Assembly: GCA_947085925.1 (NCBI GenBank)
Contig: CAMTYI010000043.1
Location: 1 to 52,399, forward strand
Length of the DNA stretch: 52,399 nt
From: an uncultured Gammaproteobacteria bacterium
GTDB taxonomy: Bacteria > Pseudomonadota > Gammaproteobacteria > Ga0077554 > Ga007554
Reading direction: 5' to 3'
Under the pieces are notes generated by a model. The model worked only from the letters and a program-made list of their open reading frames with translations, was not told the origin of the DNA and did not search any database. A program made the position numbers and the translations under genes. Below are positions 10,259-19,853 of the stretch, piece after piece (the first letter of the stretch is position 1; the number at the start of each line of letters is the position of its first letter).

Positions 10259-11453
10259 TACCCACAGTCTGCCCGATGCCAATGGCCATTTCGGCCCTTA
10301 CGGCGGGCGTTTTATTGCCGAAACCCTGATGGGGCCAGTGGAGGAACTGCGGCAGGCCTACGAGGATTTGCGTAATGATCCGGCGTTTCTGGCCGAACTG
10401 GACAGGGATCTTGCCCAGTTTGTGGGCCGTCCTTCGCCGCTTTACCATGCAGAGCGCTGGAGCAAACAATTGGGTGGCGCCCAGATTTACCTGAAGCGAG
10501 AAGACCTCAACCACACTGGCGCGCACAAGATCAACAACACCGTGGGGCAGGCGTTGCTGGCGCGGCATATGGGCAAGACGCGGGTGATCGCCGAGACCGG
10601 CGCGGGCCAGCATGGCGTCGCCTCCGCTACCGTGGCGGCGCGTTTCGGCATGGAATGCGTGGTGTACATGGGTTCCGAGGATATCAAGCGCCAGGCAATC
10701 AATGTCTACCGCATGAAGCTGCTCGGCGCCGAGGTGGTGCCCGTTGAATCCGGCTCCAAGACGCTCAAGGACGCGCTCAATGAGGCGATGCGCGACTGGG
10801 TGACCAACATCGACAACACTTTCTACATCATCGGTACTGTGGCCGGGCCTCATCCCTATCCCATGATGGTGCGTGATTTTCAGGCCATCATCGGCCGTGA
10901 GGCGCGTGTCCAGATTCTGGATCAGGCAGGCAGGTTGCCGGATGCGCTGGTGGCGTGCGTCGGCGGTGGCTCCAACGCCATTGGCCTGTTTCATCCCTTC
11001 CTGAACGATACCGGCGTGGTCATGTATGGCGTCGAGGCGGCGGGCGAGGGACTGGAGACCGAGCATCATGCGGCCACTCTGTGCAAGGGCCGTCCCGGCG
11101 TGCTGCACGGCAACCGCACCTATCTCATTGAGGATGCCGACGGCCAGATTATCGAAACCCACTCCATCTCTGCCGGTCTTGACTACCCCGGCGTCGGTCC
11201 CGAGCATGCCTGGCTCAAGGATAGTGGGCGCGCTACTTACGTCGCCATCACCGACGACGAGGCGCTCGCTGCATTTCATGCGTTGACCCGCACCGAAGGC
11301 ATCATGCCTGCGCTGGAGACCAGCCATGCGCTGGCTTATGCCTCAAAACTCGCGCCTGCCATGGATAAAGACAAGATCATTATCGTCAACTTGTCAGGAC
11401 GTGGCGACAAAGACATTCATACCGTGGCCGCGCTGCAAGGAATCAAAGTATGA
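10239..11453 (+). CDS. trpB: tryptophan synthase beta chain
   Basis: 404 aa, GTG start. [10 protein letters not shown] and HTGAHKINN (PLP lysine) motifs. Confidence 0.95.
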   Translation: MSAKEINTHSLPDANGHFGPYGGRFIAETLMGPVEELRQAYEDLRNDPAFLAELDRDLAQFVGRPSPLYHAERWSKQLGGAQIYLKREDLNHTGAHKINNTVGQALLARHMGKTRVIAETGAGQHGVASATVAARFGMECVVYMGSEDIKRQAINVYRMKLLGAEVVPVESGSKTLKDALNEAMRDWVTNIDNTFYIIGTVAGPHPYPMMVRDFQAIIGREARVQILDQAGRLPDALVACVGGGSNAIGLFHPFLNDTGVVMYGVEAAGEGLETEHHAATLCKGRPGVLHGNRTYLIEDADGQIIETHSISAGLDYPGVGPEHAWLKDSGRATYVAITDDEALAAFHALTRTEGIMPALETSHALAYASKLAPAMDKDKIIIVNLSGRGDKDIHTVAALQGIKV

Positions 11454-12268
11454 GCCGTATCAAAAGCTGTTTCGACGCGTTGCGCGGCGACAAGCGCAAA
11501 GCCCTCATCCCCTATGTCACCGCAGGCGACCCGCAGCCGGATGTCACTGTCCCCTTGATGCACGCAATGGTGGCGGCGGGTGCGGACATCATTGAGTTGG
11601 GCGTGCCGTTTTCCGACCCCATGGCGGAGGGTCCAACCATCCAGCAGGCCTGCGAACGCGCTCTGAAGCATCATGTCAGCCTACGCAATGTGCTGGACAT
11701 GGTGCGGGAGTTCCGCACGCGGAATGACCACACTCCCGTGGTACTCATGGGTTACCTCAACCCGGTTGAGGTGATGGGCTACGCCGAATTCGCCCGTGCG
11801 GCGGATGAGGCGGGCGTGGACGGTGTGTTGACCGTCGATCTGCCACCCGAAGAGGCGGAAGCATTGGTGACAGAACTGCGCCCCCGCAATATCGATACTA
11901 TTTTCCTCATTGCACCGACCAGTTCCGCCGAACGTATTGCCAGGATCTGTGCTATGTCCAGCGGATTCGTCTATTATGTCTCACTCAAGGGCGTGACTGG
12001 CGTGGCGAGCATTGATGTATCGACATTAGCCGCCAAGCTGCAACAGATCCGCGGACTGACTGATCTTCCCATCGGGGTCGGTTTTGGCATCAAGGATGCC
12101 GCATCCGCCGCGCAAGTGGCTGCTGTGGCCGATGCCGTGGTCGTCGGTAGTGCCTTGGTGAAAAAGGTCGGTGAGTTTGCCGGGCAGCCGGAAAAAATTG
12201 AAAAAGTAGTGGCATCGCTCGTCAAGGAAATGCGCATTGCAATGGATGGCGTCCTCTTAGCAAAATGA
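11450..12268 (+). CDS. trpA: tryptophan synthase alpha chain
   Basis: 272 aa. ATGA overlap with trp[18 protein letters not shown] motif. Confidence 0.9.
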   Translation: MSRIKSCFDALRGDKRKALIPYVTAGDPQPDVTVPLMHAMVAAGADIIELGVPFSDPMAEGPTIQQACERALKHHVSLRNVLDMVREFRTRNDHTPVVLMGYLNPVEVMGYAEFARAADEAGVDGVLTVDLPPEEAEALVTELRPRNIDTIFLIAPTSSAERIARICAMSSGFVYYVSLKGVTGVASIDVSTLAAKLQQIRGLTDLPIGVGFGIKDAASAAQVAAVADAVVVGSALVKKVGEFAGQPEKIEKVVASLVKEMRIAMDGVLLAK

Positions 12269-12295
12269 TAACTATTGAATGATGGCGACGACTAA

Positions 12296-13168
12296 ATGAG
12301 CTGGTTCGGAAAATTAATCCCTTCAAAAATCAGGACTGAGGGGCGCCAAAAAAAATCCATTCCTGAAGGATTGTGGGCCAAATGTCCTGCCTGTAGCGCG
12401 GTACTGTACCGTGCCGAGGTTGAGCGTAATCTTGAGGTGTGTCCCAAGTGTACGCACCACATGCGCGTCAGCGGACGCAAGCGTCTCAACGGCTTTCTGG
12501 ACATCGATTCCCGCGAGGAGATTGGCGGCGATCTTATTGCCGTAGACGAACTCAAGTTCCGCGACAGCAGAAAATACCGTGACCGCCTGACACAAGCCAA
12601 AAAAGAAACCGGCGAAAAAGACGCGCTGATCGTGATAAAAGGTCAGGTTAAGGGATTGCCGCTGGTGGCCTGCGCGTTCGAGTTTGGCTTCATGGGTGGC
12701 TCCATGGGCGCGGTGGTCGGCGAGAAATTTGTACGCGCCGCGAATGCCTGCATGGAACACAACATCCCGCTGGTGTGCTTTTCCGCAAGCGGCGGCGCGC
12801 GCATGCAGGAGGCGCTCTTTTCGCTCATGCAAATGTCAAAAACCAGCGCCGCCCTGGCGCGCCTGAGCAGGCAAGGTGTTCCATACATCTCCGTGCTCAC
12901 CGATCCGACCATGGGCGGTGTATCGGCAAGCTTTGCCATGCTGGGTGACATTAACGTCGCCGAACCCGGCGCCCTGATCGGCTTCGCTGGCCCGCGAGTC
13001 ATTGAGCAGACGGTGCGCCAGACCTTGCCTGAGGGCTTTCAACGCAGCGAATTCCTGTTGGAGCATGGTGCGATAGACATGATCATAGACCGCCGTGAAA
13101 TGCGTGACCGTCTTGCCTCCGTGCTGGCCATTCTTACCCGGCGGCCTGAGCCTGAGAAGGCCGCTTAG
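12296..13168 (+). CDS. accD: acetyl-CoA carboxylase carboxyltransferase beta subunit
   Basis: 290 aa. N-terminal Zn ribbon CPACSAVLY...CPKCTHH and the carboxyltransferase GGSMG motif. Confidence 0.9.
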   Translation: MSWFGKLIPSKIRTEGRQKKSIPEGLWAKCPACSAVLYRAEVERNLEVCPKCTHHMRVSGRKRLNGFLDIDSREEIGGDLIAVDELKFRDSRKYRDRLTQAKKETGEKDALIVIKGQVKGLPLVACAFEFGFMGGSMGAVVGEKFVRAANACMEHNIPLVCFSASGGARMQEALFSLMQMSKTSAALARLSRQGVPYISVLTDPTMGGVSASFAMLGDINVAEPGALIGFAGPRVIEQTVRQTLPEGFQRSEFLLEHGAIDMIIDRREMRDRLASVLAILTRRPEPEKAA

Positions 13169-13917
13169 ATGCTATAGCTGTTCCACAATCCGACTGCACT
13201 GATAACCACCAATACTCCGCCGATGACCTGTTTAAACAGCTTGTCGTTGCGCAAGAGCGTGTCGTGAACCTTGAGGCCGATCACGTGTCCGATAGCTGCC
13301 GCAGGCAATAGCAGTAGCGAAGATTGCCAGTGTAGCGGAATACCCAGCGCGACGAAGGTGCTCATCTTCAGGCTGACCAGTACAAACCACAGCACAAAAA
13401 GAGTATTGCGCAACTGCGCGGCCGCGACGTTACGCATATATACCGCGACCATGAGCGGCGCGCCGGTGAGCGAAGTACCTGCCACATAGCCGCCGAGCAC
13501 GAGCAGCAGTTTGTCGCTCCAACCTCCTTTGCTGTTGATGGACAGATTAAACATCCAAATGAGGGCGTAAAATAACGTGATGGCGTAGATAAACGTCACC
13601 AGTATCCGCGTGGGCAGATTGATCAATCCAAATACGCCTACCAGAGCGGCAGGGATGATATAGATGCTGGACGCCTTCAGATAGGCCCAGTCCACGTTAT
13701 TGATGCGCGTGCGTAGCGTCAGCGCGGAGAAAAAAAGCAGGTGGAGGCCAATCACGGGCAGCCAGAACAGCGGCTGGTCGAGTATGAACAGCATCAGCGG
13801 CAGGCCCAGGGCCGCGCCACCAAAGCCCAGACCGCTGCGCACGAAGCCAGCCCAGACAAAGAGCAGTGCAGTGAGCAGTAGTTGAGTGGTGCTGAAATCG
13901 AATAACAGGCTTTTCAT
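13165..13917 (-). CDS. TauE/SafE family anion exporter
   Basis: 250 aa polytopic membrane protein with a [12 protein letters not shown] motif. Confidence 0.8.
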   Translation of the reverse strand: MKSLLFDFSTTQLLLTALLFVWAGFVRSGLGFGGAALGLPLMLFILDQPLFWLPVIGLHLLFFSALTLRTRINNVDWAYLKASSIYIIPAALVGVFGLINLPTRILVTFIYAITLFYALIWMFNLSINSKGGWSDKLLLVLGGYVAGTSLTGAPLMVAVYMRNVAAAQLRNTLFVLWFVLVSLKMSTFVALGIPLHWQSSLLLLPAAAIGHVIGLKVHDTLLRNDKLFKQVIGGVLVVISAVGLWNSYSI

Positions 13918-13937
13918 GCAAATAATGGATTGGCGTT

Positions 13938-14210
13938 TCAGTGTCCGGTTATTTCATGCGCCAGGCTGGATCGCTCTTCAATGCAGTCGCTTTCGCCCAC
14001 CTGAAATTGCCGGCATATCATCGGTCTGCGTTCGTAGATCCTGCACAGCAAGGTGTTTCTATCCAGGGCCGCGCACCAACCGTCATCAAGACGCGCCATA
14101 GTCCAACTGCCCCATTGATTAGATGTCGTCATTTCGAGCGGAACGTCGTCGCCGTCCATTAGCAATACCTCCAGCCTGCAACAGCACGCCTCACACGAGG
14201 CGCATGATAT
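13938..14210 (-). CDS. YkgJ-family Cys-cluster (zinc/iron-chelating) protein; start codon uncertain
   Basis: The family motif C-x2-C-x2-CC (SCASCEACCC, about 14178-14204) lies upstream of the first ATG/GTG/TTG (14165), in the same open frame. The position expected for the start codon is ATA (14208-14210). Confidence 0.5.
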   Translation of the reverse strand: MSCASCEACCCRLEVLLMDGDDVPLEMTTSNQWGSWTMARLDDGWCAALDRNTLLCRIYERRPMICRQFQVGESDCIEERSSLAHEITGH

Positions 14211-14260
14211 GGCGGGGATTTTGTCCGATTTGGCGTTTTTTGTATTAATATTCAGCTCTC

Positions 14261-16165
14261 TTATTTGCCTTTTTCGTCCAACACTTCCCAGCGCGCATAA
14301 GCCCCTTCAAGCTCTCCCGCAATGTCCGCCGTCTCGTGTTGCAAGGCCTGTACGCTTGCCGGATTGTCACGGTAAATGGCGGGGTCGGCGAGGAGGGCGA
14401 TGATTTCTGTTTGGCGACTTTCCAGTGTTTCGATGCGGCCTGGCAGCTCCGTTAATTCGCGGGTTTCCTTGAATGACAGGCGTGTGCGTTTGGCGGGTTC
14501 GAGGCGAGGGGGTGCGGCAGGCGCGGTTTTGGGGGCGATTGAGACAGGCGTGGCGGCTTTGGGTTGTGGCCGGGCGCGCAGCCAGTCTTCGTAGCCACCG
14601 GGGTATTCGCACAGGTTGCCGTCACCTTCGAAGGCGATGACCTGGGTGACGACGTTATCAAGGAATTCGCGGTCATGACTGACCAGCAACAGCGTGCCGG
14701 GATAATCGGTCAGCAATCCTTCGAGCATCTCGAGGGTTTCCAGATCGAGGTCGTTGGTCGGTTCGTCCATCACCAGTACGTTGGCGGGGCGGGTGAAGAG
14801 GTGGGCCAGCAGCAGGCGGTTGCGCTCGCCGCCGGAGAGGGTTCTTACCTTTGCCAGGGTGAGTTCGGGTGGAAACAGGAAATCGCCGAGATAGCCGATC
14901 ACATGTTTTTTCTTGCCCCCGATCTCGATAAAATCCGCGCCGGGGCTGACGACGTCGCGCAGAGTGGCCTCGGGGTCGAGCTGTTCGCGGAGCTGATCGA
15001 AATAGGCAACCTGTAGCTTGCTGCCGAGCTGCACGCTGCCGCTGTCCGGGGCGAGTTCGCCGAGAATCAGCTTGAGCAGGGTGGTCTTGCCAGCGCCATT
15101 GGGGCCGAGCAGGCCTACGCGGTCACCGTTCATGATGCGGGTGGAAAAGTCGCGGATGATAACCTTGTCGCCGAAGGATTTGCTGACATTCTCAAGTTCT
15201 GCCACGAGCTTGCCGGAGCGCTCGCCGGTGTCGATCTGGAGTGTCACATTGCCGATACGATCACGGCGCGCGGCGCGGTCCCGTCGCAACTGTTCCAGGC
15301 GTCTCACGCGGCCTTCGTTGCGGGTGCGGCGCGCCTGGACACCCTGGCGAATCCATACCTCTTCCTGGGCGAGAAATTTGTCGAATTCCGCGCTCTGCGT
15401 TGCTTCCGCTGCCAGCAGTTCCGCCTTGCGGCGCTGATAATCGGCGAAATTACCGGGGAAGCTGGTCAGTATGCCACGGTCCAGCTCCACAATCCGGGTT
15501 GCTACGCGGTCCAGAAAGCGGCGGTCGTGGCTGATCACAATCAGGCTGCCTTGATACGTCCGCAGAAAATCTTCCAGCCACTCGATGGCGGTGAGGTCGA
15601 GGTGATTGGTCGGCTCGTCCAGTAGCAGGATCTCAGGTTGCATCACCAGCGCCTGGGCCAGTGCGACGCGCTTGCGCCAGCCGCCGGAGAGGGTGGCGAT
15701 CTTCACGTCGGCAGGCAATTCCAGCCGCGTCAGCACCTGTTCCACGCGGTTTTGCGCTGACCATCCGTCCTGGGCTTCGAGCGCGGTCTGGATTTTCTGC
15801 AGGCGTGTCAGCAGCGCATCGGTATCGGTGCCTTCCTGGGCCAGGTCATGGCTTACCGCGTGGTAGTCCAGCAGGATCTGGCTCAGTCCGCCCAATCCCG
15901 CCGCGACGGCTTCGAACACAGTATGCTCCGGGTCGAGCGGTGGCTCTTGCGGCACATAGGCAAGACGCGCCGCGTCATCGCGCCACAGCACGCCCTTGTC
16001 GAGGGCACAGGTTCCGGCCAGGACTTGCAGCAGGGTGGATTTGCCCACACCGTTGCGACCGATGAGCGCGACTTTTTCGCCTGCGTCCAGGGTGAAGCCA
16101 GCCCCGTCGAGCAGTAGCCAGCGGGAGAAGGAGAGGTGGGCATTGTCTAGTGTGATAAGGGGCAT
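14261..16165 (-). CDS. uup: ABC-F family ATPase (Uup-like)
   Basis: 634 aa. Two Walker A motifs (GRNGVGKST, GPNGAGKTT), two LSGG signatures and a C-terminal coiled-coil tail. Confidence 0.85.
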   Translation of the reverse strand: MPLITLDNAHLSFSRWLLLDGAGFTLDAGEKVALIGRNGVGKSTLLQVLAGTCALDKGVLWRDDAARLAYVPQEPPLDPEHTVFEAVAAGLGGLSQILLDYHAVSHDLAQEGTDTDALLTRLQKIQTALEAQDGWSAQNRVEQVLTRLELPADVKIATLSGGWRKRVALAQALVMQPEILLLDEPTNHLDLTAIEWLEDFLRTYQGSLIVISHDRRFLDRVATRIVELDRGILTSFPGNFADYQRRKAELLAAEATQSAEFDKFLAQEEVWIRQGVQARRTRNEGRVRRLEQLRRDRAARRDRIGNVTLQIDTGERSGKLVAELENVSKSFGDKVIIRDFSTRIMNGDRVGLLGPNGAGKTTLLKLILGELAPDSGSVQLGSKLQVAYFDQLREQLDPEATLRDVVSPGADFIEIGGKKKHVIGYLGDFLFPPELTLAKVRTLSGGERNRLLLAHLFTRPANVLVMDEPTNDLDLETLEMLEGLLTDYPGTLLLVSHDREFLDNVVTQVIAFEGDGNLCEYPGGYEDWLRARPQPKAATPVSIAPKTAPAAPPRLEPAKRTRLSFKETRELTELPGRIETLESRQTEIIALLADPAIYRDNPASVQALQHETADIAGELEGAYARWEVLDEKGK

Positions 16166-16431
16166 GGAATAGTGATTCGGGGTTGAGCGAAACTAATAGC
16201 AAGCGGTAGCGTGCGCTGTGCGCACGATCAGGCGATGGTTCGGCGATGGCCCGGTTTCACCGGTATGCTGCCGTCGCTGATTATAGCGTGATTCAGGTAC
16301 ACGGCGCATGTTTTACTGCCAGATGGCGGCAGATTGATGTCGTGATGGTCCGTTCATTTTTGAGGCGCCTTCTCATTGTGGAAATTGATTGGCCGCCATT
16401 TTTGCAGCGCGCGTATTGCTCCTCGCCAAGT

Positions 16432-17022
16432 TCATGCGGCCTCGGCGCGACCAGTGAAGTAGTCTTCGATTGCTTCAAGGATCTCGATGTTGATGAGGGC
16501 GCTGTTGCTGCTGAGGTTCTGGTGCAGGGCGTGAAGGGTAGCGCAGATGTCTTCGGGAGCCATCTTGACCAGCTTTCCCTCGCGTGAGGCCTTGATCAAC
16601 TCCTCGATATCAATCTTTTTTAGAGTCATCTGTTTCAGCAATGGTTCATAGCGCCATAGAGTGCCATCTGCGCCTTCAAAGGTGGCAACGTGGGCAAGGA
16701 TGTCCTTACGAATCGGGAATTCGCGGCGGTTGCCGCTGAGCAGAAAGGCGAATAGTCCCACCACCGTGGCGGGGATCATGAAGATAAAGGCAAATGTGTT
16801 GAGCATGATGGTGTCAATGCTTTCTTGAGTCCAACTGTAATAGGCCAAGCCAAAGCCGACGAGGTAGATGCCCCCCGCAACTATCACTCCCACGGCTTTG
16901 GCCATGTCCTTGGCTGGTTTGCTGCGGCGGCTGTAGTCAAGACGATTGAGGTCGAACTGTCCCTCAAAACGGCGCAGAAGGTTTTTGCGGATGTTGCGTT
17001 TGTTGGGCTGTTTGATGCTCAT
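16432..17022 (-). CDS. hypothetical two-TM membrane protein
   Basis: 196-aa ORF. Basic N-terminus, two hydrophobic helices (VGVIVAGGIYLVGFGLAYY, FAFIFMIPATVVGLFAFLL) and a soluble C-terminal domain. I recognise no family. Confidence 0.5.
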   Translation of the reverse strand: MSIKQPNKRNIRKNLLRRFEGQFDLNRLDYSRRSKPAKDMAKAVGVIVAGGIYLVGFGLAYYSWTQESIDTIMLNTFAFIFMIPATVVGLFAFLLSGNRREFPIRKDILAHVATFEGADGTLWRYEPLLKQMTLKKIDIEELIKASREGKLVKMAPEDICATLHALHQNLSSNSALINIEILEAIEDYFTGRAEAA

Positions 17023-17379
17023 GTTTGCTTATCTTCTGTTGGTGAGGGGGCATTATTCCAGTGCTGCCCAGCAGGGCAGCGCGGAAGCGAAGGGTGACCA
17101 GAATAATAGCAATAAACCAAAAATACGGACAACATAGGCTGGTTTTGATCATGCTGGCAAAATCCTTTTATGCGGGTGGTGTGAAAAATTGATTCCGACT
17201 ATAAGCCGCATTAAAAACCAGTTCAATTCAGCATTGTCCGGTTAGGTAATTGCATGATATGTAGCCCACTGAGAAAAAGCCCACAAACCCCGCGTGGAGG
17301 CCACTTTTTGCTTGATTTTTGAAAACAGTGCCATGGAAAAATTTTCGTTGATTACCTTTAATTGCAAGGAATTACGAAA

Positions 17380-17994
17380 ATGCCCTACACGCTCAACCCG
17401 CTGGACAAGACATTTAAAAAAGCACCGTCATTTTGGCGGCTGCTGGCCCCGCTGAGGGCAATCTTACACGACATAACACCTCTTGAGGCGCGCGGAAACA
17501 GACCGTTGCAAATGGACTTTGAAGATCAACTGAACGCGCTCATCTACTTCCACCTGGAGGAACACACCTCAGGCCGTCATCTTCTGCAGGTGCTTAAAGA
17601 GGAATTCAGCCATCTTGGCGATCTGGTCGCCATTGACGGCTCGCTGATCGATGCCGTCCTGTCCATGGACTGGGCCGACTACCGCCAGGGGGCCAAGAAG
17701 GCCAAGACCCACATGGGTCGCGGCATTCCACAGAAGATATTTTTGACCGACGGCAAAGGCGATGAACGCCCTTTTGTTAGCCAGATACTGGCCCCTGGGA
17801 AGTCGAAGGTGCGTACGCGAGTGGAACATGTGTTTGGCGCGCAGGATGCGATGGGCGGACACTTCGTGCGCACCATCGGATTGCTGCGCGCCCAAGTAAA
17901 AATCGGGATGATGAATCTGGTGTACAACATGATTCGTTTGGTGCAGTTGCTCAGGCGCGATATGAAGATGACAGGAGAGGTACGCCCCCAGTAG
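17380..17994 (+). pseudogene. degraded IS4/IS5-type DDE transposase remnant
   Basis: About 204 aa from the ATG at 17380. It carries transposase-like blocks (LVAIDGSLIDAV...AKKAKTHMG..GIPQKIFLTDGKGDERPF and RTRVEHVFG...MMNLVYNM) but is far shorter than intact enzymes (over 300 aa). The central catalytic region is missing and I could not define terminal inverted repeats. Confidence 0.6.
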
Positions 17995-18156
17995 CGTTGT
18001 GCTGCGAAAAACAGCGTGAAACACTCGACTTAGGGGCTTGAAATCAGCCAACATGATTAGAAGAAAAATTTGGTAGAGAAATTCCGGCGAAAAATCGGAA
18101 TATGGAACAACTGGCGCAATAAAAATTGATTTTTAGAGGCCCCCTAATGGAGTTAT

Positions 18157-19074
18157 ATGAATAACAGGCTTCTCTCGGGATTGGCATGGTTGGTATTTGC
18201 CGCATGGATGCCCGTTGCTGGGGCGCAAGAGACGGCAGTGTATCCGGTGGAGCTGGTGGGTGAGATGTTTGAATACACGGTGCAATCCGGTGATTCCCTG
18301 ACCCGTATCGGCGCCCGCTTTGGTGTCGAGCAGATCGTTCTTGCGCGGACAAATGACATAAAATACAGCGCCATGCTCCAGCCCGGCCAGATGTTGCGGA
18401 TTGATAACCGCCATATTGTCCCGGAGCGGCTGGATGAGGGCATACTGATCAACCTGCCGCAGCGCATGCTGTATTATTTTCAGGCAGGTAAGATGACACT
18501 CCATTATCCAGTAGGGTTAGGGCGCCCAAGCTGGCCGACACCGGACGGGCGCTTCAAGGTTGTCGATCCACAGGAAAACAAGACCTGGCATGTACCCAAG
18601 TCCATCCAGGAGGAGATGCGCCGGGAGGGGAAAGTTGTGCTGACCCATGTGCCGCCGGGCCCGGATAATCCTTTGGGGAAACACTGGATTGGCCTGAGTC
18701 TTCCGGGTATTGGCATTCATGGCACTGTCGCCCCGGCGAGTATCTATCACTTTCAGAGTCATGGTTGTATTCGCTCGCATCCGGATGATATTGCCGCGCT
18801 TTTTCAACGTGTGACCAAAGGCGAATCCGGCAAGATCATATACACCCCCGTGTTGCTGGCGCGCCTTGAGGATGGCCGCATCTTTCTTGAGGTGAACCGG
18901 GATGTTTATAAAAAAGGGATTGAGCCGATAACCATTGTGGAGAACTCAGCCCAGGCCCAGGGGATCTCCAATATGTTAAACTGGGACAAAGTGAAAAACG
19001 TAATTCGACTCAAGGAAGGGCTGGCGCGTGAAGTAGGGTTGCCGGTTCCTGTTTCAAACGGAGGTACACAATGA
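18157..19074 (+). CDS. L,D-transpeptidase with an N-terminal LysM domain
   Basis: 305 aa. Signal peptide, LysM (YTVQSGDSLTRIGARFGV) and YkuD active site HGT...SHGCIR. Confidence 0.85.
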   Translation: MNNRLLSGLAWLVFAAWMPVAGAQETAVYPVELVGEMFEYTVQSGDSLTRIGARFGVEQIVLARTNDIKYSAMLQPGQMLRIDNRHIVPERLDEGILINLPQRMLYYFQAGKMTLHYPVGLGRPSWPTPDGRFKVVDPQENKTWHVPKSIQEEMRREGKVVLTHVPPGPDNPLGKHWIGLSLPGIGIHGTVAPASIYHFQSHGCIRSHPDDIAALFQRVTKGESGKIIYTPVLLARLEDGRIFLEVNRDVYKKGIEPITIVENSAQAQGISNMLNWDKVKNVIRLKEGLAREVGLPVPVSNGGTQ

Positions 19075-19625
19075 AAGATACCAGCCGCCGCCAATTTTTG
19101 AAGCTAGGGATGCTCGTTGCTGCGGCAGGCTTGCTTCCCTTCCCGGCGCGCGCAACACTGCGCGATGTTATGGCGCCGGAGCGGGTTTTGGCCTTGTATA
19201 ACACCCACACCGGAGAAAGCATCAAGACCGTCTATTGGGCGGAGGGTGGTTACATCCCAGAGGGGTTGGCGGACATCAACCATATTTTGCGTGATCACCG
19301 CAATGATGCAATAAAAGACATGTCTCCCGCGTTGCTGGACTTGCTGTACAGCATCAATAATGCCGTGGCTGCCCGCCAGCCCTTCCATATTATTTCCGGT
19401 TATCGCTCGCCCGCCACCAATGCCATGCTCGCCGCGCGCAGCAATGGCGTGGTCAAACACAGCATGCATCTGGATGGCATGGCGACGGATATCCGTGTTC
19501 CAGGGCGTGAGTTGATGCAGGTGCGCCACGCCGCGCTGACGCTGCAAGGCGGTGGCGTTGGTTATTATCCCGGCTCTGATTTTGTCCATGTGGATGTGGG
19601 CAGGGTGCGGCAGTGGCAGGGTTGA
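19071..19625 (+). CDS. mepK: DUF882 / peptidase M15 family murein endopeptidase (YcbK/MepK-like), Tat-exported
   Basis: 184 aa. Tat motif SRRQFLKLG. LAS Zn motifs SMHLDGMATDI and FVHVDVG. ATGA overlap with the L,D-transpeptidase gene. Confidence 0.8.
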   Translation: MKDTSRRQFLKLGMLVAAAGLLPFPARATLRDVMAPERVLALYNTHTGESIKTVYWAEGGYIPEGLADINHILRDHRNDAIKDMSPALLDLLYSINNAVAARQPFHIISGYRSPATNAMLAARSNGVVKHSMHLDGMATDIRVPGRELMQVRHAALTLQGGGVGYYPGSDFVHVDVGRVRQWQG

Positions 19626-19680
19626 ACGCGTTCAATTATGGCATGTGTCAGATTGAACCCGGATTATCCATTACGCTAAA

Positions 19681-19758
19681 GTAGGTTGGGTCTCGGCAAC
19701 CGCTCCATGCGTTGCCCTACCTCCTACGTCCATGTAGTCGAAGCGCAGCGGACCCAAC
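19681..19758. repeat. REP-like compound palindromic element
   Basis: GTAGGTTGGGTC...GGACCCAAC outer stem (8 bp) encloses the GGCAAC/GTTGCC and CTAC/GTAG hairpins. Confidence 0.6.
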
Positions 19759-19779
19759 ATGGTGCTGAAGCAGTGATTT

Positions 19780-19814
19780 TGTTGGGTCCGGAGCTTGTGC
19801 TCCTTGACCCAACA
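19780..19814. repeat. REP-like hairpin
   Basis: TGTTGGGTCCGGAGC-TTGT-GCTCCTTGACCCAACA. A 13-bp stem with a 2x2 internal loop. Confidence 0.65.
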
Positions 19815-19853
19815 CGTTTAACTTGAAGAGATTTTTTGACACAGGAGCCGTTG

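Noticed and set aside
10242-11327. A long 361-aa ORF antisense to trpB. Similar shadow ORFs lie at 4801-5586, 6072-6962, 8818-9507, 35232-35912, 37735-38493, 41720-42670, 43558-44574 and 46285-47142.
   Set aside because: All lie fully inside strongly supported genes on the other strand. Their translations are Arg/Gly/His/Pro-rich low-complexity strings typical of GC-rich antisense frames, and none has a recognisable motif or RBS.
16210-16226. The hairpin CGTGCGC-TGT-GCGCACG upstream of uup.
   Set aside because: It is a short 7-bp stem with no U-tract, lying in a 5' leader. That is not enough to call a terminator or regulator.
19681-19758. An 80-nt cloverleaf-like fold considered as a tRNA.
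   Set aside because: It has no T-loop or D-loop consensus, and the arm lengths are wrong. It shares its vocabulary with other REP-like palindromes in the window.
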